From an uncultured Muribaculaceae bacterium (GTDB lineage Bacteria; Bacillota_I; Bacilli_A; RF39; UBA660), in NCBI GenBank assembly GCA_964543375.1, contig CAZIYD010000005.1, forward strand, positions 1 to 40,864: a stretch of DNA of 40,864 nucleotides, read 5' to 3'. The notes under the pieces were generated by a model that saw only the letters and a list, made by a program, of their open reading frames with translations, made no database searches and was not told the origin of the DNA. Made by a program: the position numbers and the translations under genes. How positions within the stretch are numbered: the first letter of the stretch is position 1; each line of letters begins with the position of its first letter. Below are positions 18,890 through 28,759 of the stretch, one piece after another.

Positions 18890-18914
18890 GTACAGTAGAA
18901 TAATAGGAGGCTAA

Positions 18915-21900
18915 ATGTATTTAAAAGAAAAGTTTGTTAATAGTAATAAGATAATATTTAATTATTATAAAAAAGTAGTTAAATTGACAAAAGCAAATAT
19001 AAATGTTGGAAGTACTAATGAATGGCTTATAGACAATTATTATATAATAGATTCTCAAAAGAAATCTTTGATGTATTATTTAAAATCAAAGAGTTTTAGG
19101 AAGATAAAAAAGCGTAGAGAGATATATAATTTAATTTATTCAATATTGGAAAATAAGAACTTTCAATTAAACTATAAATATTTATTTGATACACTAAATA
19201 AATATCAAGAAGAAACAAATCATTATTTTTCATATAAAGAAGTAGAATATATTTATAATATAGTAAGTCTTGCCTTAATAAATCGATTGGGAGATTTATG
19301 CTTATCTTTGGATTCAAAATTAACTCAAAAAAGAGAAATTGAGGTATTAATAGAAGAGATAAACACACATAAAAACAAACCTAATTTTAATATTGAAAAT
19401 TTAATTAAAATCGATGAAACTATTATAAACAAACCATATTATATAGAAGAACTAAATTATAAGTTGGGTGAACTTGGTATATCAGCTGAAAAACTTCAAA
19501 TAAAAATGGAAGAAATATTTAAGGAAAACGGAATAGAATTAAACAAAATAATAACAGCTCAACAAGAAGAAATAATAAACCAAAACATACTTATAATGAA
19601 TATATTTTTGTCTATAAAAAAATCATCGAAGAATCCTATAAATATAGAAAGCAATGATTTTTATTCTAACATAAACTTTGCTGAAAAGTTATTGTTAAGT
19701 GAAAAAACGGGTTACTATAAATTAATGACTGATGATAGTAAATACAGATATAGACAAGAGATAATAAAAAACAGTAAAAATAAAAGTGAATATGAATATG
19801 TTTTAAAATTAATAAATAAAGCTAATAAAGAAAACAAACATGTGGGTTTTTATTTATTTAAAAATAAAACTAGTCATAAAAAAACATATTTATATATTGC
19901 TTCTATAGTATTAACAACTTTTTTACTATGTTTGTTAGTATATCGTTATACTGATTTATTAGCTTCTATATTAATAATTATACCTATGATTGGTTTAGCA
20001 ATGGACATAGTAGTGCAAATTCTTTTGAGATTTATAGATGCAAAAGCCTTGTTTTCACTAAAGGTTGAAGATAAAATCAATGAGGAACATGCAACGATGG
20101 TTGTAATTCCAACTATTGTAAAAGATGAAAAAAGAGTAAAAAGCATGTTTGAAAATTTAGAACTATATTATTTATCGAATCTAACAGATAATTTATATTT
20201 CACACTACTCGCAGATGCTGCATCCGAAAAAGAAGAACATGCCGCATATGATGATGAAGTTGTAGAATATGGAACAAAAATATCTAGAGAATTAAACGAA
20301 AAATATGGAAAAGAAATTTTCTATTTTGCATATAGAAATAGATTTTATAGTAAAGATCAAAATAGTTATTTAGGATTTGAAAGAAAAAGAGGTGCTTTAG
20401 TAGAGTTTAATGATTTACTTTTAGGAAATTTATCAGAAGAAGAAAAAAAGTTAAGATATAGGGTTAATACTTTTGATAACTTTAATAAAAAAATAAAATA
20501 TGTAATAACATTAGATGCTGATACAAAACTTGTTTTATCTACGGCACTAAAACTCGTTGGAGTAATGATTCACCCATTAAATAAACCTATATTAAATAAA
20601 TCAAAAACAGCGGTTATTCAAGGACACGCTATGATACAACCCAAAGTAAACATAGATATAGAAGTAACAAACAAGTCAGAATATTCTCAGTTATTTGGAG
20701 GCTTAGGAGGTCTTGATGTATACTCTAGAACTACATTTGATTTATATCAAGATGTTTTTGGTGAAGGTAGTTTTGTTGGTAAGGGTATATATGATTTGGA
20801 AATGTTCCAACTATTATTAAAAGAATCTTTTCCAGATAATTTAATATTAAGTCACGATTTATTAGAGGGTGCTTACTTAAGAAGTGGTTTTGCATCTAAT
20901 ATAGAAGTTTTTGATGACTTTCCATCCAAATACTTAAATGATACTGCTAGACATCATAGATGGACAAGAGGAGATTATCAAATAATGTTTTGGTTAAAAA
21001 ACAAAGTAAAAAACAAAAAAGGAGAATTAGTAAAAAATCCAATATCTACTATTTCAAAATGGAAAATATTTGATAATTTAAGAAGACACCTTAAGTATTT
21101 GTTTTTAATGTTATTTTTATTTTATGGATTTAGTGTTGGTAAAGGAAGTCCAAATGCTTACTTAGCATTTACTATGATGATAATATCAATACCAATATTA
21201 TTCTATATAATATCTTTATTTAGGAGAAGAAAATATAGTATGTTCTTAAAATACTATTTGAATTTAATTAGAGGTATATTATCAGTAATAATAAAATCTG
21301 CTGTTGCAATATCTGTTTTACCATTTGAAACTTATCTTTATATGGATGCAATAGTTAGAGCATTATATAGACTATTTGTAAGTAAAATAAAAAGACTAGA
21401 CTGGATAACTGCAGATGAAGTTGAAAAAAGATCAAAGGGAGACATACTTACATATATAAACAACTTTGATAAATCTTTATTTATAAGCGTTATATTTGTT
21501 TTGGTATCTGTTGTTTTAAAGCCAAACTATATATCTACAACACTAGTTTTAGGGGCTATATGGGTGTTTGCCCCAATATTAATGTTTTTACTAAGTAAAG
21601 ACTTTAAAAGAAAAAAAGAATACTTATCTGATACGGTTTTATCAGAGTATGAAAAATTAGCGCACAAAACATGGAGATATTTTGAACATTATTTAGTAAA
21701 AAAATATAATTACTTGATCCCAGATAACTATCAATTAAATAGAAGAAATAAGTTGGATTATAGAACGTCTTCTACTAATATAGGTTTTTCATTAATCGCG
21801 GTAATATCTGCATACGAACTTAAATTTATTAAATTAGAAGAAGCTATAGATAAAATAAAAAACATAATAAATACAATAGAGGGATTAGAAAAATGGCATG

Positions 21901-24900
21901 GTCATTTATATAATTGGTATAATATTTTAGATACTAAGAAAATGAATCCTTATTTTGTATCATCAGTAGATAGTGGGAACCTAATTGTTTGTTTATTTAC
22001 AACTAAAGAATTTTTAAATTCAAAAGGAGATTATGAACCTTTAGTAAGCAAAATAGAAAAGATAATAAATGATACTAGGTTTGATCAACTGTACGATAAA
22101 GAATTAGATGTTTTTTCAATCGGATTTGATGCGGGTTTAGACACAATGTCTAACTATAATTATGATAAATTTTTATCAGAAAGCAGACTAGTTAGTTATA
22201 TTGCGATTGCTATGAATCAAGTTCCTTATAGACACTGGTTTTCATTAGACAAAAGTTTAACCAAATATAGGTTTAGAAAAGGTTTAATATCTTGGAACGG
22301 AACAGCTTTTGAATATTTTATGCCTCTTATATTTATGGAGTCTTTTCCGTATACTTTATTAGATGAAACTTATTCATTTGGTCATTATGTTCAAAAAGCT
22401 TTTATAAAGGAGGTGGATTCAAGACTTCCTTGGGGAATTACAGAATCTGCTTATAATGATTTAGATGATTCACAAAACTATAAATATAAGGCTTTTGGTG
22501 TACCATATTTAAAGTTTGCAGATACAAAGAAACCTAGAATAGTAGTTTCACCATATGGTTCTATATTAGCAGCACCCAAATACCCAATTTCTGTGTATAA
22601 CAATTTAAATAAATTTAAAAAGTACAATATGGAGGGGGAATATGGTTATTATGAGGCTTATGATGCCGAAGAAAAAGAAGTTGTAAAAACATATTATGCT
22701 CATCATCAAGGAATGATAATTGCTGCGATAACAAATCTTTTAAAAGATAATGTAATTCAAAAATACTTTAACCAAGATAAAAGAATAAAATCTATGGAAA
22801 TATTACTAAAAGAAAAATCACAACTTAAGCCATATATTGATTTAAAAATAGAAAAATATAGAAAATACGACTATAATAGATCAGATAAAGATATACCGGT
22901 TAGATTTCAAAGCGGAATAAAAGAAATTCCCGAATATGGAATTCTTTCCAATGGTCTTTATACAACATTATTAAACGATAGAGGTATAGGCTTTACAAAG
23001 TATAAAAACCTTCAAATAAATAGATATAGAGCAGTACCAGATGAACCTTATGGATTATTCTTATTTATAAAGGATTTATCTAACAATGTTGTTTGGACAA
23101 ACACTTATGAGCCATATATGAAAGAACCAGATAAATATAATGTAACATTTGAACCGGGTACAATAAAATATATTAGAGAAGATAATCTTATAATAACTAA
23201 AACAGATGTTGTTGTAACAAAAGAGCATACAGCAGAGATAAGAAAGATTGTTATAAATAACTATAATATAAAAGACGTCGAATTAGAGTTAACTTCCTTT
23301 GGTGAGGTTATACTTGCAAGAACAGAGGAAGACGTTGCACATAGAGCATTTAATGGGGTTTCCATTTCAGCAGATTTTGATATTGATACACAAAGTTTAA
23401 TCTTTAGAAGACATTCTAGAACTAAAGAACTCGTTGAGTACTTCCTTGCACATAGAATGCTAGTAATAGATGACGATTCAGAAACTAGTTTTGAAACATC
23501 TAGAGCTAACTTTTTAGGAAGAAATAATGATTTAAATAAAGCAGATGCAATATTAAAAAACAAAAAATTATCTAATGATAAAAATGCTTTACTCGATCCT
23601 ATTATGAGTTTAAGAAAAAAAATTACATTGAAAGCCAATAAGCAAAAAACAATTTATTTAGTTACTGGTTTTGGAAAATCTAAAGAACAGGTTTTAGAAA
23701 TACTGGATATTTATGACAATCCAGAAACTATGAAATCAACATTTAGAGAATCAGAAATGTTTAGTAATATATTAGACAGTTATTCAAATTTAAATTCAAA
23801 TCAAATATTCCTATATAATCATATGTTAAAGAAAATATATGGTTATTCACCATATGAATTAGAAAAAGAACAGCTTTTATTAACTAATACAAAATCAAAA
23901 AATGAAATATGGAAGTATGGAATATCTGATAACTGGCCAATAATCACGGTTATAATAAACGACTTTGAAGGCATAGGAGTTGCTAAACAGATACTTAAAG
24001 CTTATGAATATTATAAAAAAAGATCACTTTATATAGACATAGTAATTTTAAATAAAGAACAAGATTCAAAGAAGGATACAATAAATAAATATATTTATGA
24101 TATTTTGTATAAAATAAATGCTCAAAATAATTTTGAAGATAATTTTGGACAAGTTTTTGTTTTAGATGAATTTAATGAAGAAGATGAATCTCTTTTCAAA
24201 TTAGTATCTAAACTATACTTTGAAACTTCTCAATTAAAAGCATCAGATAATATATTTAGTAAAATAGAAAAAGAATTATCAGAATATATTCAAATAAAAT
24301 ATCCACCTATGTTACTAGAGAAAAAAGAAATAAAGGAATATGGAGAGTTTATAAATAACGGTTTAGAATATAAGATAAACACAATAAATACTCCAACCCC
24401 TTGGTCAAATATTCTTACTAATGGTGAATTTGGAAGCGTTATAACAAATAATTTGGGAGGATTTACATACTACGGAAACAGTAGAGAATACAAGATAAGT
24501 GCTTGGAGTAACGACTCTTCAAGAGATCCAAGAAGTGAAAACATAATAATAAACAATGAATCATTAAGTATAGATGAAACTATACATGGTTTTGGATACT
24601 CTAAGTTTTATACTAACAATTCAAATTATGAAATAAACACTAAGGTCTTTGTAGGAAGAGATAATGTAAAAATATATGAATTAGAAATTACAAATAAATT
24701 AAAAGATAATAAGTCTCTTCCAATAAAATTTATGATATCTCCAGTTTTAGGTACTTCAAAAGAATACAATTATCCTTATGTAATAGCCGAAGGAAACAAT
24801 ACATTAAACGCAATGTTTTTACAAAATAAATACTCATCTCCAATTTTTAAAGAAAATGAAGTGTTTGTATCATCAACAGAAAAAATCACAGATTTTGATA

Positions 24901-26546
24901 TTTATAATGACTTTAAATCCATATCTATAGCTTTAAATATAAATAAAAATGAAACAAAGAAAGTATCATTTATAGTTGGGGCTAGTACTGATAATAATAA
25001 ATTAATAGAAAAATACTCAAAATCTGAAAACATTGAAAAAGAATACAATAAAGTATTAGAATTCTGGGAAGATAAGTTGTCATTTATTAAAGTTAATACT
25101 CCAGATAAAACATTCAATTATGCAATAAATAATTGGTATTTATACCAAACGTATGCATCTAGATTATATGCTAAAACAGGCTTATATCAAGTTGGAGGGG
25201 CATTTGGATTTAGAGATCAACTGCAAGATTCTATGTCAATACTTTATAGTGATCCTAATTATTCAAAATATATAATATTAAATTGTGCATCTCATCAATT
25301 TGAAAGTGGAGAAGTTTTACACTGGTGGCATGAAGATTTAAATTTAGGTTCAAGAACAAAATTTTCAGATGATTATTTATGGTTAGTTTTTGTAACAATG
25401 GAATATATAAGAGTTACAGGAGACTATTCAATACTTAAAGAGGACGTAAAATTTATAGAAGGACCAGAATTGGTAGGAACCGAAGGAGAGAAGGGAATAA
25501 ATTACACGAAATCATCTAAATCGGATACTTTATATAATCATTTAAAGTTAGCAATTGATCTATCTTTATCTAAATTTGGAAAACATGGTATTCCACTTAT
25601 TGGTGTTGGAGACTGGAATGATGGTATGAATAAAGTTGGACATAAAGGTAAGGGCGAGAGTGTTTGGGTTGGAATGTTCTTATATGATATATTAAATAAA
25701 TTTGAAGATATTATGAAACACATGAAAGAAAAAACAACTATTATTTCAAATTACAAAAAAGAACAAGATAAACTATTAAATTCTTTATCTACAACTTGTT
25801 TTGATGGAAATTGGTACTTAAGAGCTTTCTTTGATGATGGAACACCTATGGGAGCAAAAAATAACGAAGAAGGTGAAATTGACTTACTTGTTCAATCTTG
25901 GAGTATACTTGCTAATGTAGCGGATCCTATAAGACAAAAGAAAGTAATAGAAGAAGTAGAATCAAGACTAGTAGATAAAAAAAGCGGAATAATTAAATTG
26001 CTTACTCCACCATTTACAAGTAATGAGAAAAATCCTGGTTATATAAGTTATTACTTAAAAGGTATAAGAGAAAATGGGGGACAATATACTCACGCTGCTT
26101 TATGGTACATAAAAGCATTGTTAAAATACGGAGAAAAAAATAGAGCTTACGAATATTATTCTATGATAAACCCAATGAATAGAAACACAGAAACATATAA
26201 AACTGAACCTTATGTTATTGCTGCAGACATATACTCTAACAAATCTCATAAAGGTAGAGGTGGTTGGACTTGGTATACTGGTTCTGCTGGTTGGGCATAT
26301 AAGATTGGAGTGGAAGATATATTAGGATTACAAAAAACAGGAACTAAACTTGTAATTAATCCAAACGTACCTGATAATTGGGATAACTTTGAAATGGATT
26401 ATAAATTTGAAACAACAATCTATAAAATAAAAGCAGAAAGAGGAAAACAAAACAAAATCAAATTAGATGGAAAAGAAGTTAAAGAAATATCTCTAAAAGA
26501 TGATAAATTAATACATAATATACAGATAATCTTTGGAGGCAAATAA
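18915..26546 (+). CDS. cgs: Cyclic beta-1,2-glucan synthase-like protein (Cgs/NdvB/ChvB type: GT84 + GH189-type cyclisation domain + GH94 phosphorylase)
   Basis: EWLIDNYY; ERKRGAL, TLDADT (DxD), SHDLLEG, RHHRWTRGD; three hydrophobic hairpins (about 6 TM); SSTNIG, WHGHLYNWY, FEYFMP, PWGITESAY, AHHQGM; GFRDQLQD, GDWNDG, ENGGQYTHA, WYTGSAGW. Confidence 0.9.
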   Translation: MYLKEKFVNSNKIIFNYYKKVVKLTKANINVGSTNEWLIDNYYIIDSQKKSLMYYLKSKSFRKIKKRREIYNLIYSILENKNFQLNYKYLFDTLNKYQEETNHYFSYKEVEYIYNIVSLALINRLGDLCLSLDSKLTQKREIEVLIEEINTHKNKPNFNIENLIKIDETIINKPYYIEELNYKLGELGISAEKLQIKMEEIFKENGIELNKIITAQQEEIINQNILIMNIFLSIKKSSKNPINIESNDFYSNINFAEKLLLSEKTGYYKLMTDDSKYRYRQEIIKNSKNKSEYEYVLKLINKANKENKHVGFYLFKNKTSHKKTYLYIASIVLTTFLLCLLVYRYTDLLASILIIIPMIGLAMDIVVQILLRFIDAKALFSLKVEDKINEEHATMVVIPTIVKDEKRVKSMFENLELYYLSNLTDNLYFTLLADAASEKEEHAAYDDEVVEYGTKISRELNEKYGKEIFYFAYRNRFYSKDQNSYLGFERKRGALVEFNDLLLGNLSEEEKKLRYRVNTFDNFNKKIKYVITLDADTKLVLSTALKLVGVMIHPLNKPILNKSKTAVIQGHAMIQPKVNIDIEVTNKSEYSQLFGGLGGLDVYSRTTFDLYQDVFGEGSFVGKGIYDLEMFQLLLKESFPDNLILSHDLLEGAYLRSGFASNIEVFDDFPSKYLNDTARHHRWTRGDYQIMFWLKNKVKNKKGELVKNPISTISKWKIFDNLRRHLKYLFLMLFLFYGFSVGKGSPNAYLAFTMMIISIPILFYIISLFRRRKYSMFLKYYLNLIRGILSVIIKSAVAISVLPFETYLYMDAIVRALYRLFVSKIKRLDWITADEVEKRSKGDILTYINNFDKSLFISVIFVLVSVVLKPNYISTTLVLGAIWVFAPILMFLLSKDFKRKKEYLSDTVLSEYEKLAHKTWRYFEHYLVKKYNYLIPDNYQLNRRNKLDYRTSSTNIGFSLIAVISAYELKFIKLEEAIDKIKNIINTIEGLEKWHGHLYNWYNILDTKKMNPYFVSSVDSGNLIVCLFTTKEFLNSKGDYEPLVSKIEKIINDTRFDQLYDKELDVFSIGFDAGLDTMSNYNYDKFLSESRLVSYIAIAMNQVPYRHWFSLDKSLTKYRFRKGLISWNGTAFEYFMPLIFMESFPYTLLDETYSFGHYVQKAFIKEVDSRLPWGITESAYNDLDDSQNYKYKAFGVPYLKFADTKKPRIVVSPYGSILAAPKYPISVYNNLNKFKKYNMEGEYGYYEAYDAEEKEVVKTYYAHHQGMIIAAITNLLKDNVIQKYFNQDKRIKSMEILLKEKSQLKPYIDLKIEKYRKYDYNRSDKDIPVRFQSGIKEIPEYGILSNGLYTTLLNDRGIGFTKYKNLQINRYRAVPDEPYGLFLFIKDLSNNVVWTNTYEPYMKEPDKYNVTFEPGTIKYIREDNLIITKTDVVVTKEHTAEIRKIVINNYNIKDVELELTSFGEVILARTEEDVAHRAFNGVSISADFDIDTQSLIFRRHSRTKELVEYFLAHRMLVIDDDSETSFETSRANFLGRNNDLNKADAILKNKKLSNDKNALLDPIMSLRKKITLKANKQKTIYLVTGFGKSKEQVLEILDIYDNPETMKSTFRESEMFSNILDSYSNLNSNQIFLYNHMLKKIYGYSPYELEKEQLLLTNTKSKNEIWKYGISDNWPIITVIINDFEGIGVAKQILKAYEYYKKRSLYIDIVILNKEQDSKKDTINKYIYDILYKINAQNNFEDNFGQVFVLDEFNEEDESLFKLVSKLYFETSQLKASDNIFSKIEKELSEYIQIKYPPMLLEKKEIKEYGEFINNGLEYKINTINTPTPWSNILTNGEFGSVITNNLGGFTYYGNSREYKISAWSNDSSRDPRSENIIINNESLSIDETIHGFGYSKFYTNNSNYEINTKVFVGRDNVKIYELEITNKLKDNKSLPIKFMISPVLGTSKEYNYPYVIAEGNNTLNAMFLQNKYSSPIFKENEVFVSSTEKITDFDIYNDFKSISIALNINKNETKKVSFIVGASTDNNKLIEKYSKSENIEKEYNKVLEFWEDKLSFIKVNTPDKTFNYAINNWYLYQTYASRLYAKTGLYQVGGAFGFRDQLQDSMSILYSDPNYSKYIILNCASHQFESGEVLHWWHEDLNLGSRTKFSDDYLWLVFVTMEYIRVTGDYSILKEDVKFIEGPELVGTEGEKGINYTKSSKSDTLYNHLKLAIDLSLSKFGKHGIPLIGVGDWNDGMNKVGHKGKGESVWVGMFLYDILNKFEDIMKHMKEKTTIISNYKKEQDKLLNSLSTTCFDGNWYLRAFFDDGTPMGAKNNEEGEIDLLVQSWSILANVADPIRQKKVIEEVESRLVDKKSGIIKLLTPPFTSNEKNPGYISYYLKGIRENGGQYTHAALWYIKALLKYGEKNRAYEYYSMINPMNRNTETYKTEPYVIAADIYSNKSHKGRGGWTWYTGSAGWAYKIGVEDILGLQKTGTKLVINPNVPDNWDNFEMDYKFETTIYKIKAERGKQNKIKLDGKEVKEISLKDDKLIHNIQIIFGGK

Positions 26547-27751
26547 TGATAAAGTTTGATTTTTCAACCTACAATAATGTAAGTGATATATCTAAATATC
26601 GAGAAAAACTAAAAAATATTGAAAATTTCTTTTCTAAACACAAAGAAAGTATGGGATGGTTTGATATAAACAACTTATGTAATGAGGATAAACTTTTTAA
26701 AATTAGAGAAAAAGCTTTATATATAAAAGAAAACTCAGACATCTTATTAGTCGTGGGCATTGGTGGATCTTACATGGGAAGTCAAGCAGTAATAGATGCA
26801 CTTAGTCCATACATAATAAAAGAATCAAAAGTAATATTCGTTGGAACATCCCTTTCTACTGATTATTTAAATGAAATTTTAAAATTAATAGAAACTAAAT
26901 CTGTAATTATGAATGTAATATCTAAATCTGGAAATACTTTAGAAGTTCTTGCTACTTATGATGTTTTACTTTCAAAAATGAAATCAAAATATAATGAAGA
27001 AGAATTAAAGAAAAGGGTAATAATTACAACAGAACCATCAATAAATAACACTTTATATAATGATGCTAAAAAAGACGGTTTTGAAATAATAGAAACTTTT
27101 AAAAATATAGGTGGAAGATTTTCTGTTTTCACTGAAGCGGGTTTATTACCCATATCAGTCTCAGGTATAAATATAGATAATTTAATAAATGGTGCAAAAG
27201 AAGCAATGGATGATTTTAATGATGAAGCAAGATATGCCATAATAAGAGATATAATGATTGATAAAGGGAAGTTAGTTGAAGCATACATAGCATATGAACC
27301 TAAACTAAATTACTTCTTAGAGTGGTTAAAACAACTGTACGCAGAGTCATTAGGAAAAGAAGAAAGTGGAGTTCTTCCAATAAGTTTAATAAATACTAGA
27401 GATCTTCATTCTATGGGTCAATATATACAAGATGGTCCAAAAATTATATTTGAAACACTAATTATAATTAACAACAACAAAGATAATATATATCTAGAAA
27501 GATATAGAAAAAATTTATCAGAGATAAATGAAATTGCATATAAAGCAGTATCCAAAGCACACTTTGATGGTGAAATAAACTCAAGTATAATAGAACTAAC
27601 AGAATTAAATGAAGCAAATATTGGTTATTTATTACAATACTTCATGGTGTCTGTTACTATAAGTGGACTTTTAGAAAATAATGATGAAGTATTCACACAA
27701 AATGGAGTAGAAGCATATAAAAAAGTATTAAATAACATGTTAAAAGATTGA
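26546..27751 (+). CDS. pgi: Glucose-6-phosphate isomerase
   Basis: GIGGSYMG, SKSGNTLE, GGRFSV, QLYAESLGK, DLHSMGQYIQDG and GVEAYKK motifs; TAATG overlap with cgs. Confidence 0.93.
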   Translation: MIKFDFSTYNNVSDISKYREKLKNIENFFSKHKESMGWFDINNLCNEDKLFKIREKALYIKENSDILLVVGIGGSYMGSQAVIDALSPYIIKESKVIFVGTSLSTDYLNEILKLIETKSVIMNVISKSGNTLEVLATYDVLLSKMKSKYNEEELKKRVIITTEPSINNTLYNDAKKDGFEIIETFKNIGGRFSVFTEAGLLPISVSGINIDNLINGAKEAMDDFNDEARYAIIRDIMIDKGKLVEAYIAYEPKLNYFLEWLKQLYAESLGKEESGVLPISLINTRDLHSMGQYIQDGPKIIFETLIIINNNKDNIYLERYRKNLSEINEIAYKAVSKAHFDGEINSSIIELTELNEANIGYLLQYFMVSVTISGLLENNDEVFTQNGVEAYKKVLNNMLKD

Positions 27752-27765
27752 TTACTCAATCTTTT
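27742..27765. terminator. Bidirectional terminator formed from both stop codons
   Basis: Perfect 10-bp arms AAAAGATTGA / TCAATCTTTT with a TTAC loop. Confidence 0.75.
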
Positions 27766-28241
27766 TTCGTTAGTTTTTTAATTGCCATATCTTTGTGATC
27801 TTTGGTAAATCCAACGTTCATAAAACTCGTTTGAACTAATTTATCTATAATATTAAGTTCTTCATAATTGAATGTTTCATCGTCTATTATTACAAATGAT
27901 TCTATAGGATTATCTTTTAGATATTCTAATATCTCATCTCCTCTATAATTAGATGGTTTTTTTAATTTATCATATATATAAAGGTTATTTTCATAAAAAA
28001 CTTGTAAAAAACTTTCCCCTTCTTTATTTAAAGCAATCATATTATCATCAAAGTAACTCTTCCATGAAGATGTTAGTACTATCTTTGCTTTAGTTTCTTC
28101 TACTAATTCTTTTAAGTTTTTTATCATATCCTTATCTATTGGAGGCACTCTTAAACCAGTTTCTTTCCATACTTTATGAATTTCAATAAAAGTTTCTTGT
28201 GTATTTAAAACCCCATCTATATCTAAAAAAATTACTTTCAT
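27756..28241 (-). CDS. Stand-alone HAD phosphatase resembling the Swiss-Army-Knife RNA-repair HAD family (start corrected to 28241)
   Basis: VIFLDIDGVLN, KIVLTSSW, RGDEI and FVIIDD motifs; an AAGGAG RBS precedes the second Met. Confidence 0.75.
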   Translation of the reverse strand: MKVIFLDIDGVLNTQETFIEIHKVWKETGLRVPPIDKDMIKNLKELVEETKAKIVLTSSWKSYFDDNMIALNKEGESFLQVFYENNLYIYDKLKKPSNYRGDEILEYLKDNPIESFVIIDDETFNYEELNIIDKLVQTSFMNVGFTKDHKDMAIKKLTKKD

Positions 28242-28374
28242 AACTTTCTCCTTTGTCATATTTTAGCATAAATATTGTAAAGAAAAGGACAAAAAGTGCA
28301 TAATACAAAGGAAAAAAGAACACATTTTATATAAAAGTATTGCTTTTTTCTATAAATAATGGTATTTATATACA

Positions 28375-28397
28375 TATAAGCATAGCCTATGCTTATA
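28375..28397. repeat. Near-perfect palindrome upstream of hup
   Basis: TATAAGCATAG-C-CTATGCTTATA (11-bp arms). Confidence 0.7.
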
Positions 28398-28423
28398 AAT
28401 AAAGATTATAGGAGGTAATATTT

Positions 28424-28696
28424 ATGACAAAGGCAGAATTAGTTGAATTCATGGCAGAAAAAGCAGGATTAACAAAAGCTGATGCAGGACGTGCATTAGA
28501 TGCATTTATGGAAGGTGTTACAAAAGGACTAAAGAAAGAAGGTAAAGTAGCTTTAGTTGGATTTGGAACATTCAATAAAAAGAAAAGAGCAGCTAGAACA
28601 GCTCGTAATCCACAAACTGGTGCAACTGTTAAGATTCCTGCAAGAAATGCAGTATCATTTAAAGTTGGAAGCAAGTTAAAAGAAGCAGTTAATTAA
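28424..28696 (+). CDS. hup: Histone-like DNA-binding protein HU
   Basis: MTKAELVE...LVGFGTF...RAARTARNPQTG...FKVGSKLKEAV; AGGAGGT RBS. Confidence 0.97.
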   Translation: MTKAELVEFMAEKAGLTKADAGRALDAFMEGVTKGLKKEGKVALVGFGTFNKKKRAARTARNPQTGATVKIPARNAVSFKVGSKLKEAVN

Positions 28697-28705
28697 TTAT
28701 TAACT

Positions 28706-28733
28706 AAAAACTACCTTTTAGGTAGTTTTTTTT
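28706..28733 (+). terminator. Intrinsic terminator after hup
   Basis: AAAAACTACCT-TTT-AGGTAGTTTTT followed by extra Ts. Confidence 0.85.
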
Positions 28734-28734
28734 A

Positions 28735-28743
28735 TGATATAAT
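28735..28743 (+). promoter_or_regulatory. Extended -10 promoter for gatCAB
   Basis: TGaTATAAT immediately after the hup terminator; GAGGTG RBS before 28760. Confidence 0.55.
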
Positions 28744-28759
28744 TTATAAGAGGTGTTTT

